32,000 nucleotides of DNA from Desulfocapsa sulfexigens DSM 10523 (GTDB taxonomy: Bacteria; Desulfobacterota; Desulfobulbia; Desulfobulbales; Desulfocapsaceae). Of the stretch, positions 9,497 to 19,971 are shown piece after piece. The DNA is taken from contig NC_020304.1 in the NCBI RefSeq assembly GCF_000341395.1, forward strand, positions 2,040,001 to 2,072,000. Reading direction: 5' to 3'. A program made the position numbers and the translations under genes. The notes below the pieces were generated by a model. It ran no database searches, was not told the DNA's origin, and was given only the letters and a program-made list of their open reading frames with translations. The number at the start of each line of letters is the position of its first letter. Position 1 is the stretch's first letter.

Positions 9497-10846
9497 ATGC
9501 CATCTCTCACCGTTGCTGCCGACTGTCTTTTGGAAAATATCTCATTTTCCCTGGAAAAGGCTGTTAAGGAACAACTGAGCATAGATAATCCCAAGTATAT
9601 AGCAGCGAAAAAATATGGTCGCTGGATTGGGAAAAAGCTTGAGCCCACATTGAAGTATTATGAGCCTGTGCAAAATGGGTTGCGCTTCCCTCGGGGATTT
9701 GCCAACCAGGCCGTACTGTTGTGCCGTGAATTTATGCAGGAAACGCCGGAGATTCACGATAAACGCCTGTTGCTGCCTGAAGAAAACTTTTTTTTTAAGG
9801 GGGTTTTACGGCCCTATCAACAGGCTGCAATAGTTGCCGCTGAACGGCGGTCCTTTGGGGTTCTCGAAGCTGGGACGGGCAGTGGAAAAACGGTTATGGC
9901 CCTTGCTATTATGGCTGCTCGCAGACAGCCAACTCTGATTGTTGTTCACACCAAGGAGTTACTGTACCAGTGGCAGGAGCGTGTTAAGGATTTCTTGGAT
10001 TATGCGCCGGGATTGATTGGAGATGGGCATTTTGATGTGCGTCCCATAACGGTGGCCATTGTCAATACTGCCAGAAAAAGGGTTGGGGAGCTGGCGCCAC
10101 ACTTCGGCCATCTGGTGGTTGACGAGTGTCACCGTGTCCCTGCGGCTCTCTTTACAGATGTTGTGAGTAATTTCCCCGGCCATTATCTTCTTGGGCTTTC
10201 AGCCACAGCATTTCGTAGTGATGAAGGCTTAACGAAGCTGATTAATTTTTATATGGGAGACCGGTTTCATAAAGTTGATCAGGGAGAGCTTCAGGCGACA
10301 GGGGCTATCGTAAAACCTGAGTTGATCCGCTGCCAGACAGCTTTTCAGTATCATTATCAGGGAGAGTATCAGCCTTTAATTGCGGCGCTCGTTAAAGATG
10401 AGGCACGCAACCAGCAGATTATTGCTGATGTTCTCCGTGAGAGCAGACAGCACGATAACGGGATTCAGCTGCTGGTTTCTGATCGAGTTAGTCATTGCCA
10501 GGTCTTTGAAAAGGAGCTCAGCTCGTTGGGGGTTGATGTGGTACTGCTTACGGGACAGACATCCTCCGATCAGCGTGCGTCCATAGTGGAATCAGTGCAG
10601 TCCGGGAAGGTGCAGGTCCTGGTGGCTACTCTGCAACTGATCGGTGAAGGTTTTGATTGTCCGGGATTGAGTAATCTGTTTCTTACCACTCCCATCACTT
10701 TTGAGGGGCGTCTTCTTCAGGTGTTGGGCCGGATTATGCGCCCTGCTGAAGGGAAGAAGCCAAAGGTCTATGATTATGTTGACGAAGCTGTTTCTGTGCT
10801 GAGGCGTTCTGCTGAAGGGCGAAAAAAAATCCTCGATTTGTTCTGA
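9497..10846 (+). CDS. DEAD/DEAH-type SF2 helicase
   Basis: LRPYQQAA, EAGTGSGKTVMAL (Walker A), VDECHRV (DECH box), GLSATAFR, LVATLQLIGEGFDCPGLSNLFL, LLQVLGRIMRP. The track start at 9482 is TTG; the ATG at 9497 looks better. Confidence 0.88.
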   Translation: MPSLTVAADCLLENISFSLEKAVKEQLSIDNPKYIAAKKYGRWIGKKLEPTLKYYEPVQNGLRFPRGFANQAVLLCREFMQETPEIHDKRLLLPEENFFFKGVLRPYQQAAIVAAERRSFGVLEAGTGSGKTVMALAIMAARRQPTLIVVHTKELLYQWQERVKDFLDYAPGLIGDGHFDVRPITVAIVNTARKRVGELAPHFGHLVVDECHRVPAALFTDVVSNFPGHYLLGLSATAFRSDEGLTKLINFYMGDRFHKVDQGELQATGAIVKPELIRCQTAFQYHYQGEYQPLIAALVKDEARNQQIIADVLRESRQHDNGIQLLVSDRVSHCQVFEKELSSLGVDVVLLTGQTSSDQRASIVESVQSGKVQVLVATLQLIGEGFDCPGLSNLFLTTPITFEGRLLQVLGRIMRPAEGKKPKVYDYVDEAVSVLRRSAEGRKKILDLF

Positions 10847-10962
10847 TTTAATATCCTTGCTAATATCTTGATGTTTTGTTAATCTGCTGAGTTCTCCGAA
10901 TTTAGGAACATTTAAAGCATCCGCATATGGCTGGGTGCTTTTTTCATTTTAAGAGGCACTAG

Positions 10963-12762
10963 ATGGAACAGGATAAGATTCGAAACGTTGCAATTATCGC
11001 TCATGTTGACCATGGCAAAACAACTCTTGTTGATGAGTTATTTAAGCATTCCGGTATGTTCAGGGATAATGAGAAGGTCACCGAACGGTTGATGGATTCA
11101 GGTGATCTGGAGCGGGAACGTGGAATTACCATCACTGCTAAAAATGGATCCTACGAGTACCAGGATTACTGGATTAATATAATTGATACGCCCGGGCATG
11201 CCGACTTCGGAGGGCAGGTGGAGCGCGTGCTGCGCATGGCCGATGGTGCACTACTTCTCGTAGATGCTCAGGAAGGTCCCATGCCTCAGACCTATTTTGT
11301 TCTCAAAAAGGCTTTGGAAAATCATTTGCCGGTAATTGTTGTTATTAACAAAATTGATAAGCCTGCTGCCCGGTGCGAATGGGTTGTGGATCAGGTCTTT
11401 GACCTTTTTGTTAAACTGAATGCCCCCGATGATGTTCTTGATTTTCCGGTTGTTTACGCCTCTGCCAAGGAGGGGTATGCCATAAAAGACCATACTGATC
11501 CCGTGGAGAATGGTGGAAACATGGATATTATTTCCCAGATGATTGTTGACCATACTCCGGCGCCCTCAGGATCACCCGATGCTCCATTGCAGATGCAGGT
11601 AGGAACCATCGACTATTCACCGTATCTTGGGCGTCTTGGAATCGGCAAGGTGGTGAATGGAACCCTTTCCATCAATCAACCTGTTGTGGTTGCCCGTCGC
11701 GACGGTTCGATTAAGCCAGTGCGGATTTCCAAGATCTATCGTTTTTCCTCTGATGAAAAGATCTCCACGGAAACAGCCACTACCGGTGAGATAGTAGCTG
11801 TTGCCGGAATGGATGATGTGACCGTCGGTGTTACCTTCACTGACCCGGATGATCCACGCCCATTACCATTAATTGATATTGATCCACCCACCATTTCGAT
11901 GAACTTTATTCCTAATGATTCGCCTTTTGCCGGGAAAGAAGGAAAGTTTGTCACTTCCCGTCATATTGAGGAACGTTTGAAGCGTGAGACACTTGCCGAT
12001 GTGGCCCTGCAGTATGAAGCACTTACCGATGCCGTGGGCTTCAGGGTTTCCGGGCGTGGTGAATTGCATCTTTCCATTCTTATCGAGAAGATGAGACGCG
12101 AAGATTACGAACTGCAGGTGACCCGTCCTCGAGTGATTTTGATTGAAAAAGATGGTAAGACTCTTGAACCATACGAAGAGCTCACCGTTGATGTGGATGA
12201 ACAGTATCAAGGGCCGGTTATTGAGAAACTTGGCAAACTGAAAGGTCAAATGGAAGAGATGACCACTAGCAATGGTATGGCTCGGTTGAAGTTTAAGATC
12301 CCAACCCGTGGCCTGCTTGGGTATCGTTCACAGTTTATGACCGATACCAAGGGAATGGGGATGATGAGTTATGTCTTCGCAGAGTATGGGCCCTGGGCCG
12401 GAGACATTACGAATCGAGTTAGCGGTGTTCTGGTTGTCAAGGAGCCCTGCACTTCTGTTGCCTATGCCCTGTTTAACCTTCAGGACCGTGGAAAACTCTT
12501 TGTTGGAGCTGGGTTTCCAATGTATCAAGGACAGATTATAGGTGAACATTGTCGGAGTTCTGATCTGGTTGTGAATCCTGCAAAGGGAAAGAAGCTCACT
12601 AATATGCGCGCCTCGGGATCTGATGAGTCAGTGGTTTTGACACCTCCTGTGGACATGACTCTTGAAGATTGTATTGCCTATATTAACGATGATGAGCTGG
12701 TTGAGGTCACGCCTAAGTCGATTCGTCTTCGTAAGAAAAGTGGTGTTCGGATCAAAGGGTAA
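10963..12762 (+). CDS. typA: Ribosome-associated GTPase TypA/BipA
   Basis: 599 aa; [57 protein letters not shown], full-length TypA C-terminal domain. Confidence 0.97.
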   Translation: MEQDKIRNVAIIAHVDHGKTTLVDELFKHSGMFRDNEKVTERLMDSGDLERERGITITAKNGSYEYQDYWINIIDTPGHADFGGQVERVLRMADGALLLVDAQEGPMPQTYFVLKKALENHLPVIVVINKIDKPAARCEWVVDQVFDLFVKLNAPDDVLDFPVVYASAKEGYAIKDHTDPVENGGNMDIISQMIVDHTPAPSGSPDAPLQMQVGTIDYSPYLGRLGIGKVVNGTLSINQPVVVARRDGSIKPVRISKIYRFSSDEKISTETATTGEIVAVAGMDDVTVGVTFTDPDDPRPLPLIDIDPPTISMNFIPNDSPFAGKEGKFVTSRHIEERLKRETLADVALQYEALTDAVGFRVSGRGELHLSILIEKMRREDYELQVTRPRVILIEKDGKTLEPYEELTVDVDEQYQGPVIEKLGKLKGQMEEMTTSNGMARLKFKIPTRGLLGYRSQFMTDTKGMGMMSYVFAEYGPWAGDITNRVSGVLVVKEPCTSVAYALFNLQDRGKLFVGAGFPMYQGQIIGEHCRSSDLVVNPAKGKKLTNMRASGSDESVVLTPPVDMTLEDCIAYINDDELVEVTPKSIRLRKKSGVRIKG

Positions 12763-12771
12763 AACAGAAGT

Positions 12772-12867
12772 ATGAGCGATCTGATTTTTTTTATTATTGC
12801 AGGGGTGGCCGCTGTTGCCACCTTTGCGATTATAGCAAAAAAATATGGGAGTGACTGTATACCCTGA
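12772..12867 (+). CDS. Possible 31-aa small membrane protein downstream of typA
   Basis: ATG at 12772 to TGA at 12865-12867 gives MSDLIFFIIAGVAAVATFAIIAKKYGSDCIP, a single hydrophobic helix then basic residues; 9 bp after the typA stop. Confidence 0.35.
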   Translation: MSDLIFFIIAGVAAVATFAIIAKKYGSDCIP

Positions 12868-12968
12868 CTTATGCTGTATAGCTCTGCAGGTGCAGGGCTG
12901 GGGGTGTTCTTCCTGTTGAAATGGATTTTTGGGTAGGGGAAAGCGACCCGGCACTACGTATTTTCTTA

Positions 12969-13145
12969 CCTGATTACCATCGAAACTCAGCTTTGCAACC
13001 CGGAGTTGTTTCGTGTCGATTATATGGGACGCCATAAACTCATCCCTGGGGGCTCTGCTGCGGCCGTCCAGGCCGCAGATGCCCATATAATCAATACGAA
13101 ACAACTCCTCCTCAGGCGGGTAGGCTGAGGATTAGTGGTAATCAG
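12969..13145. repeat. MITE/REP-like ~177-bp full-length imperfect palindrome, copy 2
   Basis: Termini ctgattacc...ggtaatcag; arms 13002-13028 / 13082-13108; central stem 13058-13065 / 13071-13078; about 6 substitutions relative to copy 1. Confidence 0.85.
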
Positions 13146-13158
13146 ATTCTCCTATTAC

Positions 13159-13596
13159 TTACCCTGCTGATAGCTGTTTTTTTGTAGCAAAATAATCGGC
13201 TATGATTTTGCCGTGATCAAATACTAGTTCCGGTAAATCACTTTCCGTAAAGAGTTTCGCTTCTGCAGCATCATCTCCAGCTATAGGTGGTTTTTCGGCC
13301 TGGGCGATGAAGACTGTTGAGGCCGTGTGCTGACGCGGATCACGGTCCGGATCGGAATAGGTCCTGAATTGCTGTAAATTCTGTACTGCGAGCCCTGTCT
13401 CTTCCTTCGCCTCCCTGATAGCAGCTGCCTCATAGGATTCTCCATAATCAACAAAGCCTCCCGGTAAAGCCCATCCATGGGGTGGATTCTTGCGTTTGAT
13501 CAGTACTATGGTTCTATCAACTTCTATAATGATGTCAACTGTGGGAACCGGATTGCGATACAGCTGGAGTTTTTTCTGACAGTAGGGGCAGTGCAT
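13159..13596 (-). CDS. NUDIX hydrolase
   Basis: Nudix box [24 protein letters not shown]; N-terminal MHCPYC zinc-ribbon-like start (internal start within ORF 13159..13749). Confidence 0.85.
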   Translation of the reverse strand: MHCPYCQKKLQLYRNPVPTVDIIIEVDRTIVLIKRKNPPHGWALPGGFVDYGESYEAAAIREAKEETGLAVQNLQQFRTYSDPDRDPRQHTASTVFIAQAEKPPIAGDDAAEAKLFTESDLPELVFDHGKIIADYFATKKQLSAG

Positions 13597-13597
13597 G

Positions 13598-14182
13598 CTA
13601 TGACATATCCCGTTTATGCAATAATTCGCTGATTTCCTGCCAGTTACTGACGCTTTGAAGGTGGTGTTTGTCATGGTTCCATGGCTGTTTGTACACAATG
13701 GGAATGATATCTGTCTCGGCCAATTGAAGGCATGTTTCAACCCGATCATCGATGAAATAATTAAGGTCGTGCTCCTTTATATAACGTGCCTTGTCGTCAT
13801 GATCACCCATTGCCACAAGCTTAATCTTTTTGCATGTCTCAGCGGGGAAGAAGTGGTCAAGCCAATCGGCAACAGGTTGTTCAAGTGGTCTTGCTGTGAT
13901 GATGGTTACGGGAGACTGCTCTGCCATGGTGGTGATAACCTCTACTGCTCCAGGATTTGGTTTGAGTCCGGTGCCGAGTGAGTCTTTGAGGATGGCATGA
14001 AAAATTTTTTCGACCCTGTCGGTTGGAATGCTGAGACATTCTTCAACCTGGAAACTGGTAATATCTTCCAGGCGAAAAGAGCAGTAGTTATATTCTTCAC
14101 AGGCGAGACGGATAAAGGCTTCGCCAGTATCTGCAATTACGCCATCCAGATCGAATCCTATTTCATAGCTGTTGATGTTCAT
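13598..14182 (-). CDS. HAD-superfamily hydrolase (5'-nucleotidase-like)
   Basis: [11 protein letters not shown] (HAD motif I), ITARP (motif II), [10 protein letters not shown] (motif IV). Confidence 0.8.
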   Translation of the reverse strand: MNINSYEIGFDLDGVIADTGEAFIRLACEEYNYCSFRLEDITSFQVEECLSIPTDRVEKIFHAILKDSLGTGLKPNPGAVEVITTMAEQSPVTIITARPLEQPVADWLDHFFPAETCKKIKLVAMGDHDDKARYIKEHDLNYFIDDRVETCLQLAETDIIPIVYKQPWNHDKHHLQSVSNWQEISELLHKRDMS

Positions 14183-15110
14183 TGTATGTACCTTCTATGT
14201 CTCTTATCTGAGAGGCTATTGAATCATTCAATGGGGTCGCGATGTTGTAATTTCTGCCCAGTTGGCTGATTGCACCATTTATGGCATCAATTTCAGTGGG
14301 GCGGTGGTTACGAACATCCTGGAGCATGGAGGAGACATTTTCAGCTGTGTGTTTGCACACTGTGAGGGTCGCCGCAACAGGATCTTCCTGGATGCTGATT
14401 CCAGAAGCGATGGCCACTTGCTCGGCCTCTCCCACCAGTCCTTTGAGTTGTTGCAGTACTGGATCGGATGTGAGCAGTCTGCCGTTGGGTATATTATGAA
14501 TAGCGGTCAAGGCATTGATGCCTACGTTAATAAAAAGCTTGGCCCATATTCTGGATCTGATATCCTTCGAAACCGTACAGGAGATCCCTCCCTTCTTGAG
14601 GAGAGATTGTATCGCTGATAGTTTGTTACAGGTTGTTTGTTCCTGAGGGGAGAGAAAGCCCAGGAACGTCTGTCCGCTTCCAGCATGTCTGATATGCCCT
14701 GAAGCTATACGAGTAGCTCCTTCTGAACTTGTGGCAAGAACTGGAATACCCCGTGGAAGCCTGTTGCCATATTTGAGGTGATTGATGCCATTTTGGAGAA
14801 ATATAAGCAAAGTGGTCGGCGAAAGGAGCGGGGCAGCAAAGGTGATACTTCTATCCAGCTGGTATGATTTGACACAGGAAAAAAGTACATCAAGGGGGCC
14901 AACATCTGCGGGTTTACTGGATACAGGAATGGCAAGCTGTTGTTGACCAGTGGTGGCAGATTCAAAGGTGATGCCCTTACTGTTGAGACTGTCGGCCCTG
15001 GCATCCCTGTGGTCAATAAGCAGGATTCTGTCCCGCGTGTCCTTGGCGAGAAAGAGTTTGGAGGCGAAGAGGCAACCCAGGGCACCCGGGCCAATGATAC
15101 CAATCTTCAC
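14163..15110 (-). CDS. 2-dehydropantoate 2-reductase-like (ketopantoate reductase family)
   Basis: N-terminal GxGxxG-type motif IGPGALGCLFA, VKSYQ, LQNGINH, KLFINVGINALTAI; GTG start; overlaps the HAD gene by 20 nt. Confidence 0.82.
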   Translation of the reverse strand: MKIGIIGPGALGCLFASKLFLAKDTRDRILLIDHRDARADSLNSKGITFESATTGQQQLAIPVSSKPADVGPLDVLFSCVKSYQLDRSITFAAPLLSPTTLLIFLQNGINHLKYGNRLPRGIPVLATSSEGATRIASGHIRHAGSGQTFLGFLSPQEQTTCNKLSAIQSLLKKGGISCTVSKDIRSRIWAKLFINVGINALTAIHNIPNGRLLTSDPVLQQLKGLVGEAEQVAIASGISIQEDPVAATLTVCKHTAENVSSMLQDVRNHRPTEIDAINGAISQLGRNYNIATPLNDSIASQIRDIEGTYNEHQQL

Positions 15111-15142
15111 CTCTTCTCTCCTTCTCGTAGCAGATGATTGTG

Positions 15143-15949
15143 TTATTTTACAGTCTTTGCTTCTTCAACAATTGCTACGTACTTGTATCCAGCACCAAAA
15201 TCTTTGTTGGCAGCAAGGACACCTTCAACTGTAATGACATCGTCAACTGCTACTTGCTCTGACGTTGTTATAACAAGGTCGTGGGTGTTGCTTGCAGGAT
15301 CGCCGGAGCCATCCTGAAGGTGAACCCAGTTGCGTCCCATAATCATGGGGCTGAACTTCACAACTTTTCCCTGGATGCGGATCGTTTTACCATCAAGGGC
15401 TTCAGTTTTTTCAAAAACTTCAATCACACTGTATGCATTCTCGCCAGTAGCTTTTTCGACTTTGATTTCACTAAAGGGAGCTATGGCGCCAAGGCTTCCA
15501 GCAGATCCAGCGGCCTGAGCCTGGGTTGCTGCTGGCATACCACCCTCTGCCTGAACTGCACTGGCAAAGGAATCTTCACCACCCTGAGGGGTTGCTTTTC
15601 CGTGGGGATTCTGCATTGTGCTGCCCATTCCACCACTACCGTGGGGAGATGCAGCACCAACAAGGCCGGCTGAAAAGACGATGGCGTCAAATGTACGGTT
15701 CAGAGTTTTGGAGGCAAAGTTATTCATGACCATACCGGGTTGGTAGGTGACCTCCTGGCCAACTGCCACCTGTGCTTCAGGGATTGCAACCCATGGCTGC
15801 TCAGCGCCGATATCCACTTTCATATAGGTGTAACCATTGGAATTCATCGTTTCCAGTACTTTTCCAGTAAGATTTTGAGAAGCACTGGCAAATGTGGCAA
15901 GGCTGATGAAAAGGCAGGCAATGAGTCCTTTTAAGAGTGTTTTCTTCAT
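15143..15949 (-). CDS. Exported protein with two OB-like segments (NrfJ-like)
   Basis: MKKTLLKGLIACLFISLATFASA signal peptide; GKVLETMNSNGYTYMKVDIG...PGMVMNNFASKTLNRTFDAIVF; C-terminal IRIQGKVVKFSPMIMGRNWVHLQDGSGD....LVITTSEQVAVDDVITVEGVL. Confidence 0.6.
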   Translation of the reverse strand: MKKTLLKGLIACLFISLATFASASQNLTGKVLETMNSNGYTYMKVDIGAEQPWVAIPEAQVAVGQEVTYQPGMVMNNFASKTLNRTFDAIVFSAGLVGAASPHGSGGMGSTMQNPHGKATPQGGEDSFASAVQAEGGMPAATQAQAAGSAGSLGAIAPFSEIKVEKATGENAYSVIEVFEKTEALDGKTIRIQGKVVKFSPMIMGRNWVHLQDGSGDPASNTHDLVITTSEQVAVDDVITVEGVLAANKDFGAGYKYVAIVEEAKTVK

Positions 15950-16018
15950 GTCTTTTTCCTTTGTTTGTGGTGAAAAAATAAATGGTACTTTATGCACCTT
16001 TGTCTTTTGGGTTCTATT

Positions 16019-16540
16019 CTAGTCTTCAATTAAAAATGCAACAAATTCAAGTATGGATTTTGACCAAAGGTCGTATGCCTTTGGTGTTAAATGGATGCCA
16101 TCATCTCGAAAAAAATCAGAGTTTGCTTTAAATTTCGAAAACATATCAAGATAACAGGAACCGGTTAACTGGGTCATGGCATCAATTGATCCGTTAATTC
16201 GTTGCAGAGTATCCAGGGTGACCCAGGGGAGCTGGCAGGGGAGAAGGCTGTTGGTGATAACTTCTGCCGTTGGGAAGGCGGACGTCAGAAGAATCGTTAT
16301 CTGGCGTAGATGCTCCAGAAAACTGTAGTCTTCGATGATAAGATTGTTTGTCCCAATCATAACCAGAACTAACTCCGGGGGTTCGATTTCCCTGATAATT
16401 GATGGAATCCTGTGTCGCAGTCCCTGAGCGGTTTCGCCGGGCAGTCCATAGTTGAGGATGTTAAAATGGTGCATCCTCGTCTGCCAGTCAAAGTCTGCTA
16501 TGAGCGAATCGCCAAGAAAGAGAAAGTTACTTTGAGTCAT
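16019..16540 (-). CDS. SGNH/GDSL-type esterase/lipase
   Basis: FLGDSLIADFDW (block I), LNYGLPGETAQGL (block II), VMIGTNN (block III), DGIHLT (block V). Confidence 0.87.
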   Translation of the reverse strand: MTQSNFLFLGDSLIADFDWQTRMHHFNILNYGLPGETAQGLRHRIPSIIREIEPPELVLVMIGTNNLIIEDYSFLEHLRQITILLTSAFPTAEVITNSLLPCQLPWVTLDTLQRINGSIDAMTQLTGSCYLDMFSKFKANSDFFRDDGIHLTPKAYDLWSKSILEFVAFLIED

Positions 16541-16730
16541 TATAAAAAAATTCCCTAACGGGATTCATTACTGATTTGAATTATGCGTTTTTCACAGTGT
16601 GCTGAAGATAATAAGTATTACTCATTAGTCTGACAACCATACCACAATGAAAAACTACTGCCAACCTGAAGAAGTTGATTATATTGAGAACTGTTGCTTC
16701 GCTCAGTCAACGCTTTTGCGGGTAGGGGGA

Positions 16731-18794
16731 TCATGTCACAGATTGAAGAACAACTGCTGCCATAGCTTTTACCCGGATCGTGTCGCCGCCTCTGCGTGTA
16801 ATAGCATGGCCTGGTTCTCGGAAATCGAAAGGGCTGATGCGGGCCGTGTCGACGATCTGTTTCCAGAATCGTTTTTTTCCTGATACCGGTGGAATAGTGA
16901 ATTCAGCTCGTTCCGTTCGATGGCCATTGAGCATGATAAAAAAATCGGAATCTTTTTTTCTCGCTTGAAGAAAGAATGCCAGGGTATGACAGTCTGAAGA
17001 CCAGTCTTCACGCCCTGGTTTGAGAGACTGCCATGAAATCTCCTGTCCCGGGCCATGGCTGAAAAAGTTGCGGCGCCGAAAAAGGCGATGTGTTTTTCGA
17101 AGATGGAGACATTTTCTGAAAAAACGCAGCAAGCCTTTGTTGCTCTCTGCGAGTTTCCAGTCGATCCAGCTGGTTTTGTTGTCCTGACACCAGGCATTGT
17201 TATTGCCACCCTGACTTCGCCCAAATTCGTCTCCTGCCGTAATCATGGGAACGCCCTGGGAGAGAATGAGGATCAAAGCCAAACTACGGACACGTCTGAA
17301 ACGTAGGGCCAGGATATGGTCCTCGTTGCTTATCCCTTCAACACCACTGTTCCAGCTGATGTTATGGTTGTCGCCATCACGGTTTTCCTCACCGTTGCCG
17401 GCATTTTGCTTCTGTTCAAAACTAACCAGGTCATAAAGGGTAAAACCGTCGTGACTGGTGATAAAGTTGACCGAGTTGCATGGAGTGCGGGCACTTGTCT
17501 GATAGAGATCTGAGCTGCCGCTTATGCGCGTTGCCAGGTTGGCTACTGTATTATCATGGCCTGCCATAAATGCCCGGACATCGTCCCGGAATTTTCCATT
17601 CCACTCAGCCCAGCGACTATCCTGTGAAAAACTTCCGACTTGATAGAGGCCTGCGGCATCCCAGGCTTCAGCAATAATTTTGGTGTCACGAAGAATGGGG
17701 TCTTCGGCAATCATCTCAATCATGGGGGGATTGGCGAGGACATGTCCCTTGCTGTCACGTCCAAGAATTGAAGCAAGGTCAAAACGGAATCCGTCCACGT
17801 GCATTTCCACAACCCAGTAGCGCAGTGAATCTTTAATAAATGACCGGACCACGGGGTGATTACAGTTGAAGGTGTTGCCGCAGCCTGAAAAATTGAGATA
17901 GTCGTGGCTGTGCTGATCCAGGAGGTAATAAATGGAGTTGTCGATACCACGGAAGCTGCTGGTACTACCCTCATATCCGCCTTCACCCGTGTGGTTGTAA
18001 ACCATGTCGAGAATGACCTCTATTCCAGCCTGATGCAGGCTGCGGACCATGGTTTTGAATTCGTTGATATGATCTGCAGGGTCGGAGGCAAATCCCGATT
18101 TGAGGGCGAAAAAAGAAATAGGGTTGTAGCCCCAGTAATTTTTTAATTTCTCGCCTGTTTCCGGGTTATAAAAAACATTGTCGTTTTCATCCCACTCCGT
18201 GACAGGCATCAGTTCCACGGCTGTGACTCCCAGTTCCTTCAGGTAGGGAATTTTTTCTATTATACCAAGATATGTTCCTGGGTGCTTGACGTCTGCACTA
18301 GGGTCCCTTGTGAAGCCGCGAACATGTAACTCGTATATGACGGAGTCTACCATGGGGGTCTTGAGGGGTCTGTCATCCTGCCAGTCAAAATCGTGCGTTG
18401 TCAGTTTGCAGAGAGGAGTGGCTGTTCCGGAGAATTTTTTTCCCCAGGAACGCGAAATAATATTTTGACAGAGCGGGTCGAGCAGGATCTGTTTCCGGTT
18501 GTAGACCAGGCCCTGTCCCTGGATATCTGTTTTTCCATCAAGCCGATACCCGAAGGAAAAATCACGTTCTTCGGTGACCAGAAAAATATGCCACATGTCT
18601 CCAGTACGGTTTAATTCGGGATCAAGCTGCAGTTCGAGCCTGCTGCCTTCTTTTCCTGAGTTCTGAATGACAAGAGTTACTGATGTGGCATGCCTGGAGA
18701 AGAGAGTAAAATTGACCCCATCGTCTATTGGTGTTGCTCCACCGGGTAGTGGAAAACCCTGTTTTGTGTGGGGACCTGTTTTTTGCTTGATCAT
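16731..18794 (-). CDS. glgX: Glycogen debranching enzyme / isoamylase-type GH13
   Basis: VDSVIYELHVRGFT, VILDMVYNHTGEG, GFRFDLASILGRD, IIAEAWDAAG, NFITSHDGFTLYDLVS; start set at internal MIKQKTGPHTKQGFPLPGG. Confidence 0.92.
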   Translation of the reverse strand: MIKQKTGPHTKQGFPLPGGATPIDDGVNFTLFSRHATSVTLVIQNSGKEGSRLELQLDPELNRTGDMWHIFLVTEERDFSFGYRLDGKTDIQGQGLVYNRKQILLDPLCQNIISRSWGKKFSGTATPLCKLTTHDFDWQDDRPLKTPMVDSVIYELHVRGFTRDPSADVKHPGTYLGIIEKIPYLKELGVTAVELMPVTEWDENDNVFYNPETGEKLKNYWGYNPISFFALKSGFASDPADHINEFKTMVRSLHQAGIEVILDMVYNHTGEGGYEGSTSSFRGIDNSIYYLLDQHSHDYLNFSGCGNTFNCNHPVVRSFIKDSLRYWVVEMHVDGFRFDLASILGRDSKGHVLANPPMIEMIAEDPILRDTKIIAEAWDAAGLYQVGSFSQDSRWAEWNGKFRDDVRAFMAGHDNTVANLATRISGSSDLYQTSARTPCNSVNFITSHDGFTLYDLVSFEQKQNAGNGEENRDGDNHNISWNSGVEGISNEDHILALRFRRVRSLALILILSQGVPMITAGDEFGRSQGGNNNAWCQDNKTSWIDWKLAESNKGLLRFFRKCLHLRKTHRLFRRRNFFSHGPGQEISWQSLKPGREDWSSDCHTLAFFLQARKKDSDFFIMLNGHRTERAEFTIPPVSGKKRFWKQIVDTARISPFDFREPGHAITRRGGDTIRVKAMAAVVLQSVT

Positions 18795-18950
18795 TTTAAT
18801 AATGGTAATTATAATTAATTCTATTGTTAGCTGGAACACAAATCTCTTTCTATTGTCTGACAATACACCAGTGAAAGAAAAAGTAGAATTTTTTTATGGG
18901 CAGAGAAAAGTCAAAAGCAGATCATTCAACTCACAGCAAAGGAGTTTTCT

Positions 18951-19898
18951 ATGGGCATGTTTCAGAAATTACAGATCGGCGATAGCGTTACCCCGGAAAT
19001 CGATTGGGAAATGACACCGGACATGACTTTTGGAACATTTGAGTCCTGGGGTGGGCGTGAGCAGATGCGCAGCAGGATAAGTGGTACCGATCGGGTCTAC
19101 TATTTCTTTATTGATAATTGGGATGATGAGCCGAAACTCTGCCTTATGGAGCGTGGAGTAAAACACGCAAGAGTTGCAGCTGAGATCAGGGCTCCTGAGC
19201 AGATGCTTAAAAAATGTGTTGAAAATCATGGAACGTCGTCTCTTTTTGAGAAAAGTTATGCCATTAATGGTGAGATCAAAGAGTGGCTGATCGCCAATGT
19301 TCTTGAGTCAGAAGATACCTCTGCTGTTATTCCTCTTTATGATAAACCCGAGGTTGAGGATATGGGAGGGGCTTTGCCGCTTCTTTCTGAGTCAGGTTTT
19401 GCGGGAGAAAAAGTTGCGTTGCCGACGGAACACAGTTTTATCAATGATGATGAGCTTGCTCCTTTGATGAAGAAATGGAATTTCTACGACGGTGATCTGA
19501 ATGCAGAAGGAAACTTCGAAAATTTTCTCGTGGATCCAGGCGACAGGAGAGTGGTCGTTGACCAGCGAACCGGATTGATGTGGCAGCGAGGTGGGCTTGA
19601 TATAACCGCTGTGCGAAGTATGAAACGCAAAATAGAGCAGTTAAATAAAGATGGTTATGCAGGATTCCATGACTGGCGGATGCCAACCATGGAAGAGGCC
19701 ATGTCTATCATGAATAAAGAGGTAAACAGTAAGGATATTCACCTGGAGCTCTGTTTTTCCAAGGAGCAGCCTTTTATCTTTGTCGATGCCCAGCGCAGGC
19801 CAGGTGGCTACTGGTATGTGGATTATAAGCATGGTCGTGCCTTCTGGTCCTCCGGAACCATTCCCGGTGGCTTTGCAAGACTTTGTCGTAGCATGTAG
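18951..19898 (+). CDS. DUF1566 (Lcl C-terminal) domain protein
   Basis: 315 aa; VVDQRTGLMWQRGG....W..A...I..LN..GYAGFHDWRMPTMEEAMSI...YWYVDYKHGRAFW. Confidence 0.75.
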   Translation: MGMFQKLQIGDSVTPEIDWEMTPDMTFGTFESWGGREQMRSRISGTDRVYYFFIDNWDDEPKLCLMERGVKHARVAAEIRAPEQMLKKCVENHGTSSLFEKSYAINGEIKEWLIANVLESEDTSAVIPLYDKPEVEDMGGALPLLSESGFAGEKVALPTEHSFINDDELAPLMKKWNFYDGDLNAEGNFENFLVDPGDRRVVVDQRTGLMWQRGGLDITAVRSMKRKIEQLNKDGYAGFHDWRMPTMEEAMSIMNKEVNSKDIHLELCFSKEQPFIFVDAQRRPGGYWYVDYKHGRAFWSSGTIPGGFARLCRSM

Positions 19899-19922
19899 TT
19901 TTTTTTCTTTCCTCCTCCTGAG

Positions 19923-19960
19923 TACCCGAAAGAGAGTTATCTTTTTCGGGTATTTTTTTT
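19923..19960 (+). terminator. Rho-independent terminator
   Basis: tacccgaaa (19923-19931) / tttcgggta (19944-19952) followed by a T tract. Confidence 0.8.
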
Positions 19961-19971
19961 TGCAAAAAGTA

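Noticed and set aside
9497-10846. SF2 helicase as a possible anti-phage defence helicase
   Set aside because: It stands alone without a nuclease or other defence partner and lies among housekeeping genes, so there is no support beyond a generic DNA/RNA helicase.
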